A stretch of DNA of 63,799 bases, the filler included, from Octopus bimaculoides (taxonomy: Eukaryota): assembly GCF_001194135.2 (NCBI RefSeq). It is 6 parts of 6 records of this genome, joined end to end, with 100 filler letters (N's around TTAATTAATTAA, not from the genome) between each part and the next. Parts side by side here need not be neighbours in the genome. Positions count along the whole stretch, not along the records: positions 11,711 to 27,522 come from NC_069000.1; positions 27,623 to 40,404 come from NC_068987.1; 4 more parts are not named here. The stretch is one strand, 5' to 3'. Under the pieces are notes generated by a model. That model was not told the DNA's origin and did not search any database. It was given only the letters and a program-made list of their open reading frames with translations. A program made the translations under genes and the position numbers. The stretch's first letter is position 1; the number at the start of each line of letters is the position of its first letter. This document shows positions 22,365 to 35,025 of the stretch, in pieces.

Positions 22365-23991
22365 AGCGTCAGTCTTTCTTGAGCTGTGTCGGTTAGCAAC
22401 TTTAACATTGTTAATAAACCATGAGCTCTACATAAGAATCCTAATCTTGCTCTTTCAGTTTTGCCAGTGTTATGCATGTAGAGTAGATATCATAGATCAA
22501 CATCAGAGATTTTGAGATGTTAGCATTTTTCGCAATGCTGAGCGCTTGTTCATTCCGTATTCATGACTCGAGAGTGTGATGTGCAAAGCTGTTACCTTGA
22601 TGTGTGTAATTGCCCAATATTTATAATGTTAGAAAAGACAAGATTGTCATATCTCTATTGCATGGTGCTTTCAAAAGCCTTTTTAATGGATTTAGTATGC
22701 TTAGCGTGAGGTAATTTAGCGGGCATAGTGGATGTCGCCTGCGTGCGGGCGGATTGTTAACAGCTTCTGAAGAATGATATTACCTGCGGAGAAGTTAATG
22801 ATGTTAAAAGTGACATAAAATATTTAATTAATATGCAGATAAAAGTGTACTAAAAACATTACCAAACCTTCGGGTTGGCTGGAGTTAATAAAATGTGAAT
22901 TGAATACATCTTGTCAAATTGACATTGCAAGGGCGACTCAGCTGCTTTGGTGATGGAGAAGCCATAGTTAGGATAAACACTGCTTCCCACCATGGCGAAG
23001 AAAGATCTAGAAAAAAATGAACTTACACCATTTGCCTCCATTTTACTTCTTTTTTCTAGACAACTACATCGAGTTTTGCCTGTAACATCACTGACAAACC
23101 TTGGTAACATACTCGAAAAAGAAAATCCAAGATATTTAAGGATGCATCCAGTTTAATCTAGCTCCAGTTTAAAGTCTTATTTATCTTATACCAACAGTGA
23201 CAATCTTAGGATATAATTCTATTAAAATATTTGCTCTAAGTGTATTTATAGTATAAGTAATGTTATATAAACTCAATCGCACAACCGTTAGCAAAGCAAA
23301 TTACAAAGACTAATACGTTTTCAATTTGACTTTCAAATTTTCAGAGTTTCAGTTTGACATTCAACTAATTATTTAGTGTATGGTTATTTCCCAAGGCACT
23401 GACTAATGCATTCTCTTTCCTATAATATTTCTGTTAAGAAACAATATACTTCATTCACATAAACTCACCACAATGTAGTCCAGCATATACTGACAATAAC
23501 TATTGCCATGTAATTAGATATAAATATCTACTGGCAGCAGTCATTTCGCTTTATTGTCACCGCAAATTTTCCCTAGATTTTCATACTCTGAGTCAAATTC
23601 ATAGCATACCGCCATTTCTGAGAGCAGCCGATTAAAATAAGCACCATCTTAATGAGTAACGAGACCTAAAGTCGAAAAGTACAACATTTTTTTTTACTTT
23701 TTAGTATATATTCAGAGAAAATTTATGGGAGATAAATAGACTCCAAACAAATTCTAGTGGACATTTTCTGTCTGTCAGTACAGAAATTCTACAAACTTTC
23801 AGACATGTTAACAACATTGAGTTTAAAATCTCAACAAGCCGAGGAATGCTAAACCTAAATATGTTTGTAGCCAAATGGTACGTCAAGTGCGTTAATTCTC
23901 TGGATTAAGCGGAGTATTGATAAATAATAAAAGGAATAACAGATAGGTTTTTAATTGGAAAAAAAGTGCAATTCAGTTGGATATATTTCCG

Positions 23992-24044
<53 letters not shown>

Positions 24045-24049
<5 letters not shown>

Positions 24050-24338
24050 CATTTCTTTTATTAGCCACACAGGGCTCAACAAAGATGGGACAAAAACAAT
24101 GTAGAGCTTTTCTTTTTGGGAGGGGGAAGGAAAAAAAAAGGGTGGGGGTCGATCAAANNNNNNNNNNGATAGATACATTTCTTTTATTAGCCACACAGGG
24201 CTCAACAAAGATGGGACAAAAACAATGTAGAGCTTTTCTTTTTGGGAGGGGGAAGGAAAAAAAAAGGGTGGGGGTCGATCAAAAGGGATCGTAGGAAGGA
24301 AAAGGGGGGAGTTCGATCAAAAGAGATCGAGAAAAAAA

Positions 24339-24340
<2 letters not shown>
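24045..24340 (-). mobile_element. Probable non-LTR retroelement 3' end (unclassified), duplicated across a 10-N gap
   Basis: Minus strand ends gctAATAAAagaaatgtatc(tatc)n, i.e. a polyA signal followed by a microsatellite tail. Confidence 0.4.
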
Positions 24341-24387
<47 letters not shown>

Positions 24388-24535
24388 CAGACAGTTGGAT
24401 AGATAATTTCTACGGACATACCTGCATGCATACGTACACACTTCCATACTTGCATATGTACATACTTTCATGAATACAAACATTACCATAATACATATAT
24501 ACATAATACATATATGCATACATACATACATACAT

Positions 24536-24566
<31 letters not shown>

Positions 24567-25064
24567 TATATACATACATACATACATACATACATACATA
24601 CATACATACATACATACATACATACATACATACATACATACATAGAGCCACATATATATGTATACATACATTCATGCATACGGAAATATGTAATCTCTAA
24701 CAGTGCCTCCTGAACCGGATATATGCAGAAAGTGTTTGCACCTGAAAGTTTAATATGATTGAAGTTGTATAGCTTACCATTTGGAATATAACTTTATTTC
24801 CTGTATGCCTTCAACAAAAGATGGTTCTAATAAAAGAAATGATACTAAAATAAACTCTCCTATATATCAGCAGAGATAAGATGTTGAATGTTATTAACAA
24901 TATTAGTGAACGAAGTTCTTCTTCGAAAGACATCGTTACAGGAACAGAACATAACATGCACATGTCTAGGAAACAAAATCGGAGGCAGTGAGGATATATA
25001 TAAATGTGTGCTGAAATTGGAAACGTTGCTGAGGTATTATAACAACAACAACAGCAAAAGCATC

Positions 25065-25214
<150 letters not shown>

Positions 25215-25215
<1 letters not shown>

Positions 25216-25434
25216 ATCCTTTCTACCATAGGCACAAGGCCTGAAATTTGGGGAAGGAGGACTAGTCGATTACATCGACCCCAGTGTTTCGTTGGTACTG
25301 AATTCATCGACCCTGAAAGGATGAAAGGCAAAGCCGATCTCGGCGGAATTTGAACTCAGAACGTAGCAACGGGCGAAATACCCCCACTAAGCATTTTGTC
25401 CAACGTGCTAAAGATTTTGCTAGTTCATCGCCTT
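25215..25434 (-). mobile_element. tRNA-derived SINE family B, full length
   Basis: Full family B sequence from the head (aaggcgatgaactagcaaaatctttagc) to the tail (aggccttgtgcctatggtagaaaggatt). Confidence 0.9.
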
Positions 25435-25439
25435 ATATG

Positions 25440-25560
25440 GTTTCGAATTTTACCAGACGGCGATAAAGTTGTGGGGGGGGGGTGAGATGAGTCGATTACA
25501 TCGACCCCAGTGTTTCACTGGTACTTAATTTATCAACCCCGAAAGACGACCTCGGCGAAA
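25440..25560 (-). mobile_element. SINE family B, internal fragment
   Basis: gagtcgattacatcgaccccagtgtttcactggtacttaatttatcaaccccgaaag. Confidence 0.75.
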
Positions 25561-25639
25561 AATTCTACCATGTCGCCGCCCTAATAAATATGTATATTGC
25601 GCAAAACCTTTTCATCGGACGATTTATTGAAGTTATTTG

Positions 25640-25950
25640 CCTTGCTTACGGATTTTACATTTTAAGTACACCAAGCGAGAAGCTTTGTCTCATATCTTCC
25701 TTGATTATCTAAGTTGAACGAAGTTTTTCTTCACATTAGAGACGCACCACATTTGTATATAGTATACAGAATGCTCCTTCCCAGGTATTTTCTTTAATCC
25801 ACATCGTTGATCTACTTCTTAGTATCTATGATTAAATTTGAAGCGACACCTGGTGGTATATCGTTGACGAGCTAGAAAGCAGGACGGACATGTTAAATGC
25901 TCTGAATTATATGTGCAGCTTCTTACTTCTCAACTCACATCATCTTGTTT
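25640..25950 (-). mobile_element. Highly decayed CR1-like RT fragment
   Basis: PAF*LVNDIPPGVASNLIIDTK (cf. PLLFLIYINDLP..FADDTK), followed by QMWCVSN. Confidence 0.4.
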
Positions 25951-26290
25951 CCGTTTTGCGAATCTGTCAGAATACTAACTCCGGAAATAGAGTTTCCTTA
26001 CCTATACCAAACAGAAGCATATAACAACAATGTATCGCTTCTCTTTAGAACGTTCTGATCCCGTGAGAGTAAGATGTGACCGGAAGTACTGTTCTAAGTA
26101 AGCGTAGAGTTAACACGCCTGTGTGAGTGTGTAATGTGTGCGCGCTTGTGAGCTAAACGCTATGGTATTTATATACATATATATATATACACGTTCCCAT
26201 GCGTATGGCTGTGCGTATACAAGGGAATTTCTATATACACGTACATATACATGCATACGCACTGATGCGCACATATATATATAATATATG

Positions 26291-26322
<32 letters not shown>

Positions 26323-26383
26323 CAAGCGTAAAGTTTTGGTGCATGCATATGCATGTATATCAAAACCTTACCGTTTAGACTAG

Positions 26384-26440
<57 letters not shown>

Positions 26441-26939
26441 GTACGTTACACACTTATGCACACGTGGCAACTCTATGCTTAGAAACGATTCTTCTGATCA
26501 CAACTTACTTTCACGTGACGAATATAGTGTGTGCGTGTGTGTGTGTGTGTGTATATATANNNNNNNNNNNNNNNNNNNNNNNNNNNNNNNNNNNNNNNNN
26601 NNNNNNNNNNNNNNNNNNNNNNNNNNNNNNNNNNNNNNNNNNNNNNNNNNNNNNNNNNNNNNNNNNNNNNNNNNNNNNNNNNNNNNNNNNNNNNNNNNNN
26701 NNNNNNNNNNNNNNNNNNNNNNNNNNNNNNNNNNNNNNNNNNNNNNNNNNNNNNNNNNNNNNNNNNNNNNNNNNNNNNNNNNNNNNNNNNNNNNNNNNNN
26801 NNNNNNNNNNNNNNNNNNNNNNNNNNNNNNNNNNNNNNNNNNNNNNNNNNNNNNNNNNNNNNNNNNNNNNNNNNNNNNNNNNTAGATATATATGTGTGTG
26901 TTTGTTAATGCGTGTGTATGTATAGAGTGTGAAAGATAA

Positions 26940-26978
<39 letters not shown>

Positions 26979-27478
26979 CATACATGTATGTATGTATGTA
27001 TGTTTGTTTATGTATAGTATAGAGAGGGGTAGGGAGAGCGAGGGAGGGAGAGAGAGCCAAAGACATAGCGAGAGAGAGAGAGAGAGAGAGGGGATGGGGG
27101 AGTTTTAACAACACAAAAATGGAAGCTGTTGAAAATTACAGTTTTAAGTACATTCTCTGAACATCAATGATTGCGCTTCCCAATTGCTCGTATGTCTCCC
27201 TCCCCCCCATTACATACATACACATCACACAGCTTTCCTCTCAATGTTACAATTTTCTTTATTAATTTCAATAATTTCTATTTTGGAACATTTCAAAATT
27301 TAAGTTCAACGAGCCTCTCATTACCAGATGCTTTTATCACTCTCTGCATCTCTCGTTTCTATCTTTCTTTAACATTCACCCCTTTTCATACATTTTTACT
27401 TTCTCTCTTCCTCCTCCTTTCCTCCGCCAACACTTATGCATCTATCCCATACTTTCTCTACCTCTCTCTCTCTCTCTC

Positions 27479-27522
<44 letters not shown>

Positions 27523-27622
27523 NNNNNNNNNNNNNNNNNNNNNNNNNNNNNNNNNNNNNNNNNNNNTTAATTAATTAANNNNNNNNNNNNNNNNNNNNNN
27601 NNNNNNNNNNNNNNNNNNNNNN

Positions 27623-27965
27623 CTAAAAGAAATGGAAAAACTTTCAAAATACAAAGACCTGGAAATAGAGGTAACTCGTATGTGGAATCTAAAAACAGAA
27701 ACAATTCCTATCATAGTAGGTGCCTTAGGTATAATAAAAAAAATATTCAAACAAATACATAACAAAAACACCAGGACTTACAAATACATATAACATACAG
27801 AAAATTGCACTACTGGGCACTGCACACATCCTACGCAAAACACTTTCAATACAGTAACCATAAGAGCATCACAGCAAACCACAGCACATACCCAAGGCAC
27901 ACAGAGCTGCGCTCGGTAGTGAAGTGAAAGCACTTTATAAAAATAAAACTACTGAACAATAATAA
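27623..27965 (+). mobile_element. R4/Dong-like (restriction-like endonuclease) non-LTR retrotransposon 3' end
   Basis: KEMEKLSKYKDLEIEVTRMWNLKTETIPIIVGALGIIKK/(frameshift)..IQKIALLGTAHILRKTLSIQ* (stop 27855-57), about 100-bp 3' UTR, ending in (AAT)n. Confidence 0.88.
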
Positions 27966-27969
27966 TAAT

Positions 27970-28180
27970 CCTTTCTCCTACAGGCACAGGGCCAGCAGTT
28001 TCAGGAAGGGGTAAGTCGATTACATCGACTCCAAATTCAACTGGTACTTATTTTATCGACCCCGAAAGGATGAAAGTTAAAGTCGACCTTGGCGGAATTT
28101 GAACTCAGAACGTAACGACGGACGAAACGCTGCTAAGCATTTCACCCGGCGTACTAACGGTTCCGCTAACCCACCGCCTT
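27970..28180 (-). mobile_element. tRNA-derived SINE family B, full length
   Basis: Head aaggcggtgggttagcggaaccgttagtacgccgg; body and tail as in the other B copies. Confidence 0.9.
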
Positions 28181-28241
28181 GTAACCAGTATAATAATAGA
28201 TAAGATATATTTTTATAATGTGTGTATATGTATCTATATAT

Positions 28242-28408
28242 AGGCATAGGAGTGGCTGCGTGGTAAGTAGCTTGCTTACCAACCACATGGTCCGGGTTCA
28301 GTCCCACTGCGTGGCATCTTAGGCAAGTGTCTTCTACTATAGCCTCGGGCCGACCAAAGCCTTGTGAGTGGATTTGGTAGACGGAAGCTGAAAGAAGCCC
28401 GTCGTATA
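28242..28408 (+). mobile_element. tRNA-derived SINE family A, 5' half
   Basis: aggcataggagtggctgcgtggtaagtagc...ggttcagtcccactgcgtggcatcttaggcaagtgtcttctactatagcc; continues into a gap. Confidence 0.9.
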
Positions 28409-29171
28409 TATGTATATGTGNNNNNNNNNNCATACATACAATAGATATGATAATAGATATAATAAACTACAATAACTCCAGTAGATATAATTATGCATGT
28501 TGTAGATTTAATAATAGATTTAATAACTATAGTTGATATAATGGATAAAATATATATGATTGATACAAAAATATATAAAATAGATATAATGGACATAATA
28601 ATAAATATAATGAACATAATAATAACTATAATAAATATAATAGATATAATGAATGCAGTTTGTGTGATCCAGTTATCAAGGTATGCAGCAAGTAGAAGGA
28701 TTCAAACAATATCTGGTGACACAACTAATTACATGAAGATGGTACAGCGTACAAATGATTTTCAATGAAAATCACTGAAGAAATTGTGCAGTCATATGGT
28801 GCATGTAGACTCTAATTGCACTGTATTTCATCGTGTGTGCGTTTATGTATATTCGTGTATGTTCAATGTGCGAAAGTAAATTTGTCTTTCGCTTTAGGTA
28901 TGATATACAGATAGTTAGTTTTATATAACACTGCTGCTGCTGCATATAAGTTTACGAATTCCTAAGACTTCCGCAACAAACAATTCTTGCGAGTTAGAGT
29001 AAAGTTTCTAAAATGAGTAAACAAATATGAAGGATTACTTTGGCCCGATGGCAGAACGCCTGTCATGTCTACAGGACAGTGGCGTGCAGTCGAGGCATGC
29101 AAGTCACGCACTGCATGTCCGTTTATTTTATATATAACTTAAAAATCAATTTAAGAATGTAATGTATTTAT

Positions 29172-29533
29172 GTTGGCACTCCGTCGCTTACGATGTCGAG
29201 GGTTCCAGTTGATCCGATCAACGGAACAGCCTGCTCGTGAAATTAACGTGCAAGTGGCTGAGCACTCCACAGACACCTGTACTCTTAACGTAGTTCTCGG
29301 GGATATTCAGTGTGACAAGGCTGACCCTTTGAATTACAGGCACAACAGAAACAGGAAGTAAGACTGAGAGAAAGTTGTGGTGAAAGAGTACAGCAGGGTT
29401 CGCCACCCATCCCTTGCCGGAGCCTCGTGGAGTTTTTGGTGTTTTCGCTCAATAAACACTCACAGCGCTCGGTCTGGGAATCGAAACCGCGATCCTATGA
29501 CCGCGAGTCCGCTCCCCTAACCACTGGGCCATT
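29172..29533 (-). mobile_element. tRNA-derived SINE family C
   Basis: Head aatggcccagtggttagggg..ggtttcgattccc (A and B boxes); 3' body ctgttccgttgatcggatcaactggaaccctcgac shared with 34612-34905. Confidence 0.85.
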
Positions 29534-31124
29534 NNNNNNNNNNNNNNNNNNNNNNNNNNNNNNNNNNNNNNNNNNNNNNNNNNNNNNNNNNNNNNNNNNN
29601 NNNNNNNNNNNNNNNNNNNNNNNNNNNNNNNNNNNNNNNNNNNNNNNNNNNNNNNNNNNNNNNNNNNNNNNNNNNNNNNNNNNNNNNNNNNNNNNNNNNN
29701 NNNNNNNNNNNNNNNNNNNNNNNNNNNNNNNNNNNNNNNNNNNNNNNNNNNNNNNNNNNNNNNNNNNNNNNNNNNNNNNNNNNNNNNNNNNNNNNNNNNN
29801 NNNNNNNNNNNNNNNNNNNNNNNNNNNNNNNNNNNNNNNNNNNNNNNNNNNNNNNNNNNNNNNNNNNNNNNNNNNNNNNNNNNNNNNNNNNNNNNNNNNN
29901 NNNNNNNNNNNNNNNNNNNNNNNNNNNNNNNNNNNNNNNNNNNNNNNNNNNNNNNNNNNNNNNNNNNNNNNNNNNNNNNNNNNNNNNNNNNNNNNNNNNN
30001 NNNNNNNNNNNNNNNNNNNNNNNNNNNNNNNNNNNNNNNNNNNNNNNNNNNNNNNNNNNNNNNNNNNNNNNNNNNNNNNNNNNNNNNNNNNNNNNNNNNN
30101 NNNNNNNNNNNNNNNNNNNNNNNNNNNNNNNNNNNNNNNNNNNNNNNNNNNNNNNNNNNNNNNNNNNNNNNNNNNNNNNNNNNNNNNNNNNNNNNNNNNN
30201 NNNNNNNNNNNNNNNNNNNNNNNNNNNNNNNNNNNNNNNNNNNNNNNNNNNNNNNNNNNNNNNNNNNNNNNNNNNNNNNNNNNNNNNNNNNNNNNNNNNN
30301 NNNNNNNNNNNNNNNNNNNNNNNNNNNNNNNNNNNNNNNNNNNNNNNNNNNNNNNNNNNNNNNNNNNNNNNNNNNACACTCACACGTGCACTATTACTTT
30401 CATAAGATCCATTTAGGATTTTCAAAATATTTGTCCAAATGACTGAAACATACACATATAAATATAAACGCACACATTGAAAGATGTGTGCGTGTGTGTT
30501 TATGTATAAACCATTTTGTATAAATAATTTTCTTTTACATTCTTTCAAATTTTCTTTCATCATTAGGTAAGTGTAATTTACATTTCTTCGTTTTCTTGCC
30601 TGTTGCGATATTTCACATCTTTGCTACTCCCAACAAATGAAAAGAGACGCTAGGTTTTTGTTTCGTGTTTTTAGGGCTTTTTACAATGTTGAATTTTCGC
30701 TGTCTTTCATTGTATGTGTGTTTATGTATATTCGTCTATGTTCAATGTGCGCACGCGTGTTTGTGCGAGATGTAGTCTTTCAATGTACGGAGTTCAGTAA
30801 GTATCAGAACAGGTGGCCCGAGTGAGTGTCAATTATTTTCCCGAAATTCGCGAGTAGCCTGATAAAGCAGCTGATTTGTCTTTGACAGGATAACGATCTA
30901 AAACCATGGCCATATTACGTAACTAAATGTGTTCTCTTAGTTAAATAATTTCAAAACGATTCGGTTCAACCAATAAGTATTTATTGCACGACCAACCTCA
31001 GAAGTCACCGCGCGCCACTGCTGCAGAAGATATGGATTCGAATCCCATGAGTAGCCTTCTAGCCTTTTCTAGCCAAAAGGGTTTATCAACCCAGCGTTTA
31101 CGTGCTAGTATTTATAACATTTAT

Positions 31125-31343
31125 AAGGCGGTGAGCTGACAGAATCGTCAGCGCGCTGGATTAAATGCTTTGCCGTATTTCGCCGGTCGCTATGTTCTGA
31201 GTTCAAACTCCGCCGAGGTCGACTTTGCTCTTCATCCTTTCGGGGTCGACAAATTAAGTACCAGTGAAACACTGGGATCGATGTAATCGACTAGTCCCCT
31301 CCCTCAAATTTCAGGCTTTGTGCCTTTAGTAGAAAGGATTATT
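31125..31343 (+). mobile_element. tRNA-derived SINE family B, full length
   Basis: aaggcggtgagctgacagaatcgtcagc...gttctgagttcaaactccgccgaggtcgac...gtagaaaggattatt. Confidence 0.9.
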
Positions 31344-31789
31344 TATATCATTTCTGTACTTCGAGATCCAGCAGGAATTGAAAAATTATTTCATGTTCTC
31401 TCAAAAGTTTATAAAGTCTTCTCACGCCAGCAAAACGCGCACACGTGTGTTTCATCAAGCAATATATTACTGGTTATGGTATATAACAGTGAGACAGAAT
31501 TTTACCGTTGGTTTTGCCCCGAATAATGTCTAATGGCAACAAGGTGCATAACCGACGGTTTCTTTCCGAGCAGTTGTATACCATAATCAGCAATACATTA
31601 CTTGACGATATATAAAAGTGTATCTGTGTCTTTACTTATACTGAGTGCGCTTCCATTTCTGAGGTACATAATTGCATACATACATACATACATACATACA
31701 TACATACATACATACATGATAGGCCAAAAGTTCCGAAGTGGTCTGGTACATACATACATGGGTGAATGCGTGCGTGTGTACATGTTTTT

Positions 31790-31976
31790 GTGTTTGTCCC
31801 CACATCGCTTGACAGACGGTGTTGGTTTACGTCCCTGTAACTTAACTGTTCGGCAAAAGAACCGATAAAATAAGTACCTATCTTTTAAAAAAAACTAATA
31901 CCGAGGTTAATTTATTCGACTAAACCCTTCTAAAGTAGTGTTCCCAATGTGGTTTCAGCCAATGTTTGGAACAAAA
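31790..31976 (+). mobile_element. SINE family A, 3' half
   Basis: gcttgacagacggtgttggtttacgtccctgtaacttaactgttcggcaaaagaaccgata matches the A 3' body. Confidence 0.75.
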
Positions 31977-31994
31977 CCCTCTAATTGTGTTTAA

Positions 31995-32625
31995 TAATGA
32001 TAATAATAATAAAGAAATTATTGTATACAATGCTCAGGTGCACTACAACGTGTCGAAAGTGCGTGTAAAGCATATGCAGTATTGTACAAATGTCTGGAAA
32101 GTGAACAGTGTTTGAGTCAGATACATGCTTGCGTGTGTATGGAGGGGAGAAAATCAGGTGTAGTGTTGGCGAATCTCAGGAAGCATGGAAGTTTTGAAGG
32201 ATGCAGTGCTCCGACAACTAACAACTGATGCTGGCAGTTTGTTCCATACTTCAGCAACTCTTAGCATGAAAAAAGGTTTCCGAAAGTCATGAGAACTGTG
32301 ATGTTTTCTGACTTTGTAAACATGTCCACGGGTGTTAGACAAGTGGAGTTTGAAAAGGTGCTCAGAGTTGTTGCGAATAAGATGGTTAATAATTTTATGG
32401 GTGTCTGCCAAGTCAGTTGCCAGACGTCGGAGTTTCAATGTATCCATGCCCAGGGAAGTAAGGCGTTCAGAATATAGCAAATGCCTGATGGGGGGGCATT
32501 CTCTTGGTTGCACGTCACTGAACGATTTCCAGACGATCAATATACTGGGCAGGATAGGGGTTCCAGACCGGTGATGCAAATTCCAAGTGAAGCCGCACCA
32601 TAGCTATATAAAGCCTCAGATAGAT
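31995..32625 (-). mobile_element. CR1/L2-type LINE 3' end, relatively well preserved
   Basis: LYIAMVRLHLEFASPVWNPY..RLEIVQ*RATK..YSERLTSLGMDTLKLRRLATDL..TRGHVYKV..RKPFFMLRVAEVWNKLPASVV..FK; (TTA)n-like tail near 32000. Confidence 0.92.
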
Positions 32626-32785
32626 AGCCGGAGAGCGGCTCACAAAGGACTTGGTTGTAGTTTGAAAGCACCACAATATAATTTTAATAAACTCAATTCA
32701 TTTTGTATTTTGTGCGGTGAGCCATTATGTCAATAAACACACACACCAGTTCTATTTCACTTCTTTTGTTATTATTAGTCAACTA

Positions 32786-33011
32786 AAGGCGGCAAGCTGA
32801 CAGAATCGTTTACACGCAGGACAAAATGTTTAGCGGCGTTTTTTTGTCTCTTTACATTCTAAGCTCAAATGCAATCTAGGGTCATCTTTGCCTTTCATCC
32901 TTTCGAGATCGATAAAATCGTACCAGTTCAGTACTAGAGTCGATGTAATCCACAAACACCCCAACCCCACAAATAAATTTTCAGGCCTTGTGCCTGTTTG
33001 TAGAAAGAATT
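32786..33011 (+). mobile_element. tRNA-derived SINE family B
   Basis: aaggcggcaagctgacagaatcgtt...tttcaggccttgtgcctgtttgtagaaagaatt. Confidence 0.85.
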
Positions 33012-33214
33012 ACAATTAATCAACTAATTAATTATTTAACCAATTAACTAATCTCTTAGGCAATTAAACGTTTGATCAATTAGTCAATCAGCTAGATTCT
33101 TCAGAGTCCTTTCGTTGGCATTTACGACCATGCTTTGTATTAAGTAGGTTTCCAATGTGTACATTTCAATTAATGATCTTAGTAAAAAATATTTTTAAAG
33201 ATTGGGGGCTTTGT

Positions 33215-33345
33215 GTAGCAGACTTTGCTTTTCATCTTTTCGAAGACGATAAAAGAGGCACCAATCAAGTAGTAGAGTCGATGGAATCTACTTGCACCAT
33301 CCTCTCAAAACTGCTGGCCTTGTGCCAAAATTAGAAAGAACTATT
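33215..33345 (+). mobile_element. SINE family B, 3' fragment
   Basis: gactttgcttttcatctttt..gtcgatggaatc..ggccttgtgccaaaattagaaagaa. Confidence 0.65.
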
Positions 33346-33784
33346 ATAACTATCGTTGCCAGTAGCTATGACTACAGAAGGGAGGTAACTTTTCCCCTAC
33401 TCTCTAAAGAAAAATAACATTAAGAAAAACCTATAGACGTGAATAAGCTATATAATTTATATAAGGCAGGTAACAGAAAGTGTCTAAGGGGTTATATTTA
33501 TTTTACATTAGTAGAGTACCTTGTATCTGTCGGTTATAATTTCAATTTTTACTTGGATCGAAAATACCTGTCAATCTCATTTTTTTTTCTCTTTTTCTTT
33601 CTTAGTTTTTAAAATATTTAAACTGTTTGAAATTTCTCTCACTCATATTTATCTTCTTTATATTCCGATCTTTAATATTTGTTTGGCCCTTAAACGCATT
33701 TCAAGGGGAGAAAAGACAAGATATAATGGATGCTTGTGCTGCCTATTATAGTCGAAATGCTCATACGTGATTAAATCTACTATT

Positions 33785-34207
33785 AGGCGTTGTTGTGTGG
33801 TAAGAAGTTTGCTTCCCAAGTACATAGTTCCGGGTTCAGTCCCACTGCGTGACACCTTGGAAAGGTGTCTTCATCTATAGCCCTCGGGCCGACAAAGCCA
33901 TGAGTGGACTTGGCAGACAGAAACTGAAAGAAGCCCGATGTATAAATGTTTATATATATGTATCTGTGTATGTGTGTGTCTTTGTGTCTTAGTGCCTATG
34001 TTTGTTCTCCAGTAACGCTTGACAACCGGTATTGGTGTGTTTACGTCCCCATAACTTAATGGATCGTCACAAGAGGCCGATATAATAAGCACCAGGCTTC
34101 AAAAGAAAATAAGACTTGGGGTCGATTCATTCAACTAAAAATCCTTCAAGGTGGTGCCACAGCATGGCCGCAGTCTAATGACTGAAACAAGTAAAAGATA
34201 AAAGATA
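33785..34207 (+). mobile_element. tRNA-derived SINE family A, full length
   Basis: tRNA-like head, ccttgg..gtgtcttc core, central (TG)-rich tract, 3' end catggccgcagtctaatgactgaaacaagtaaaagataaaagata. Confidence 0.92.
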
Positions 34208-34611
34208 CTTCATTAATATTCCATCCGTTTGGTTCCTGTACATTTATTCAGTCGTTTCCCATCAATACAGAGTCTACTCTTCACTGCTGCAGTTCTTTTA
34301 CGTCTGCTCCACTAAATCTCACCGTTGTAATCACTGTATAGTAACCATCTTGCATCAAATCGCCAAAGCTACCAAACTGTATTGCAACACGGACAAGAAA
34401 AACGGTTTGTCTTTTCCTTTTCAACATATTTGTGTACAAATGTGTGAACACCGCCACGTCAGGCGTGATCACACACACAAACACAAAGACGCGCGTACAC
34501 ACATACATATATGTGGATATATTGATGTTGTGTGTGCGTGTGCGTGTGTATGTGTGTGAGTGTGCGTGTGTGTGTGTGTGTGTGGTGTGTGTGTGTATGT
34601 GTATGTGTGTG

Positions 34612-34905
34612 AAGGTGCGTGGGTTAGTGGCTAGACTATTTGGCTCACGATAGTAAGGTCGTGAGTTCGATTCCTAGGTGGTGCGTTGAATCCTTGAGTT
34701 ACACACTTTATTTCAAGTTGCTCCAGTCCACTCAGCTGACAAAAATGAGTAGTGCCTGCAATTTCAAAGGGCTAACCGTGTCACATTCTGTATCATAAAG
34801 GGTAGGCGTTTCGGCAGAGTGCTCAGCCACTTGGACGTTGATTTCCCGAACAGGTTGTTCCGTTGACCAGATCAACTGGAACACTCGACATCGTAACCAA
34901 TGGTG
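34612..34905 (+). mobile_element. tRNA-derived SINE family C
   Basis: gggttagtggctag..gtgagttcgattcc head; ttgctccagtccactcagctg core; 3' body shared with 29172-29533. Confidence 0.8.
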
Positions 34906-35025
34906 GAGGTGATATGAAAGAAACAAAGGAAATAACGGAAGGGAGAAAACTCCGGCAAATTGAATCATTTAATACGTACATTTAATACATACATTTAAGG
35001 CTTACATAGCATTTCTTGTTATATA

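Noticed and set aside
24045-24285. Exact ~115-bp tandem duplication across a 10-N gap (similar case at about 62745-62850)
   Set aside because: Typical unmerged contig overlap; treated as an artefact unless long reads confirm it.
29470-29533. tRNA-like sequences with A and B boxes (also in the other SINE heads)
   Set aside because: They continue into SINE bodies and lack a complete cloverleaf; SINE heads, not tRNA genes.
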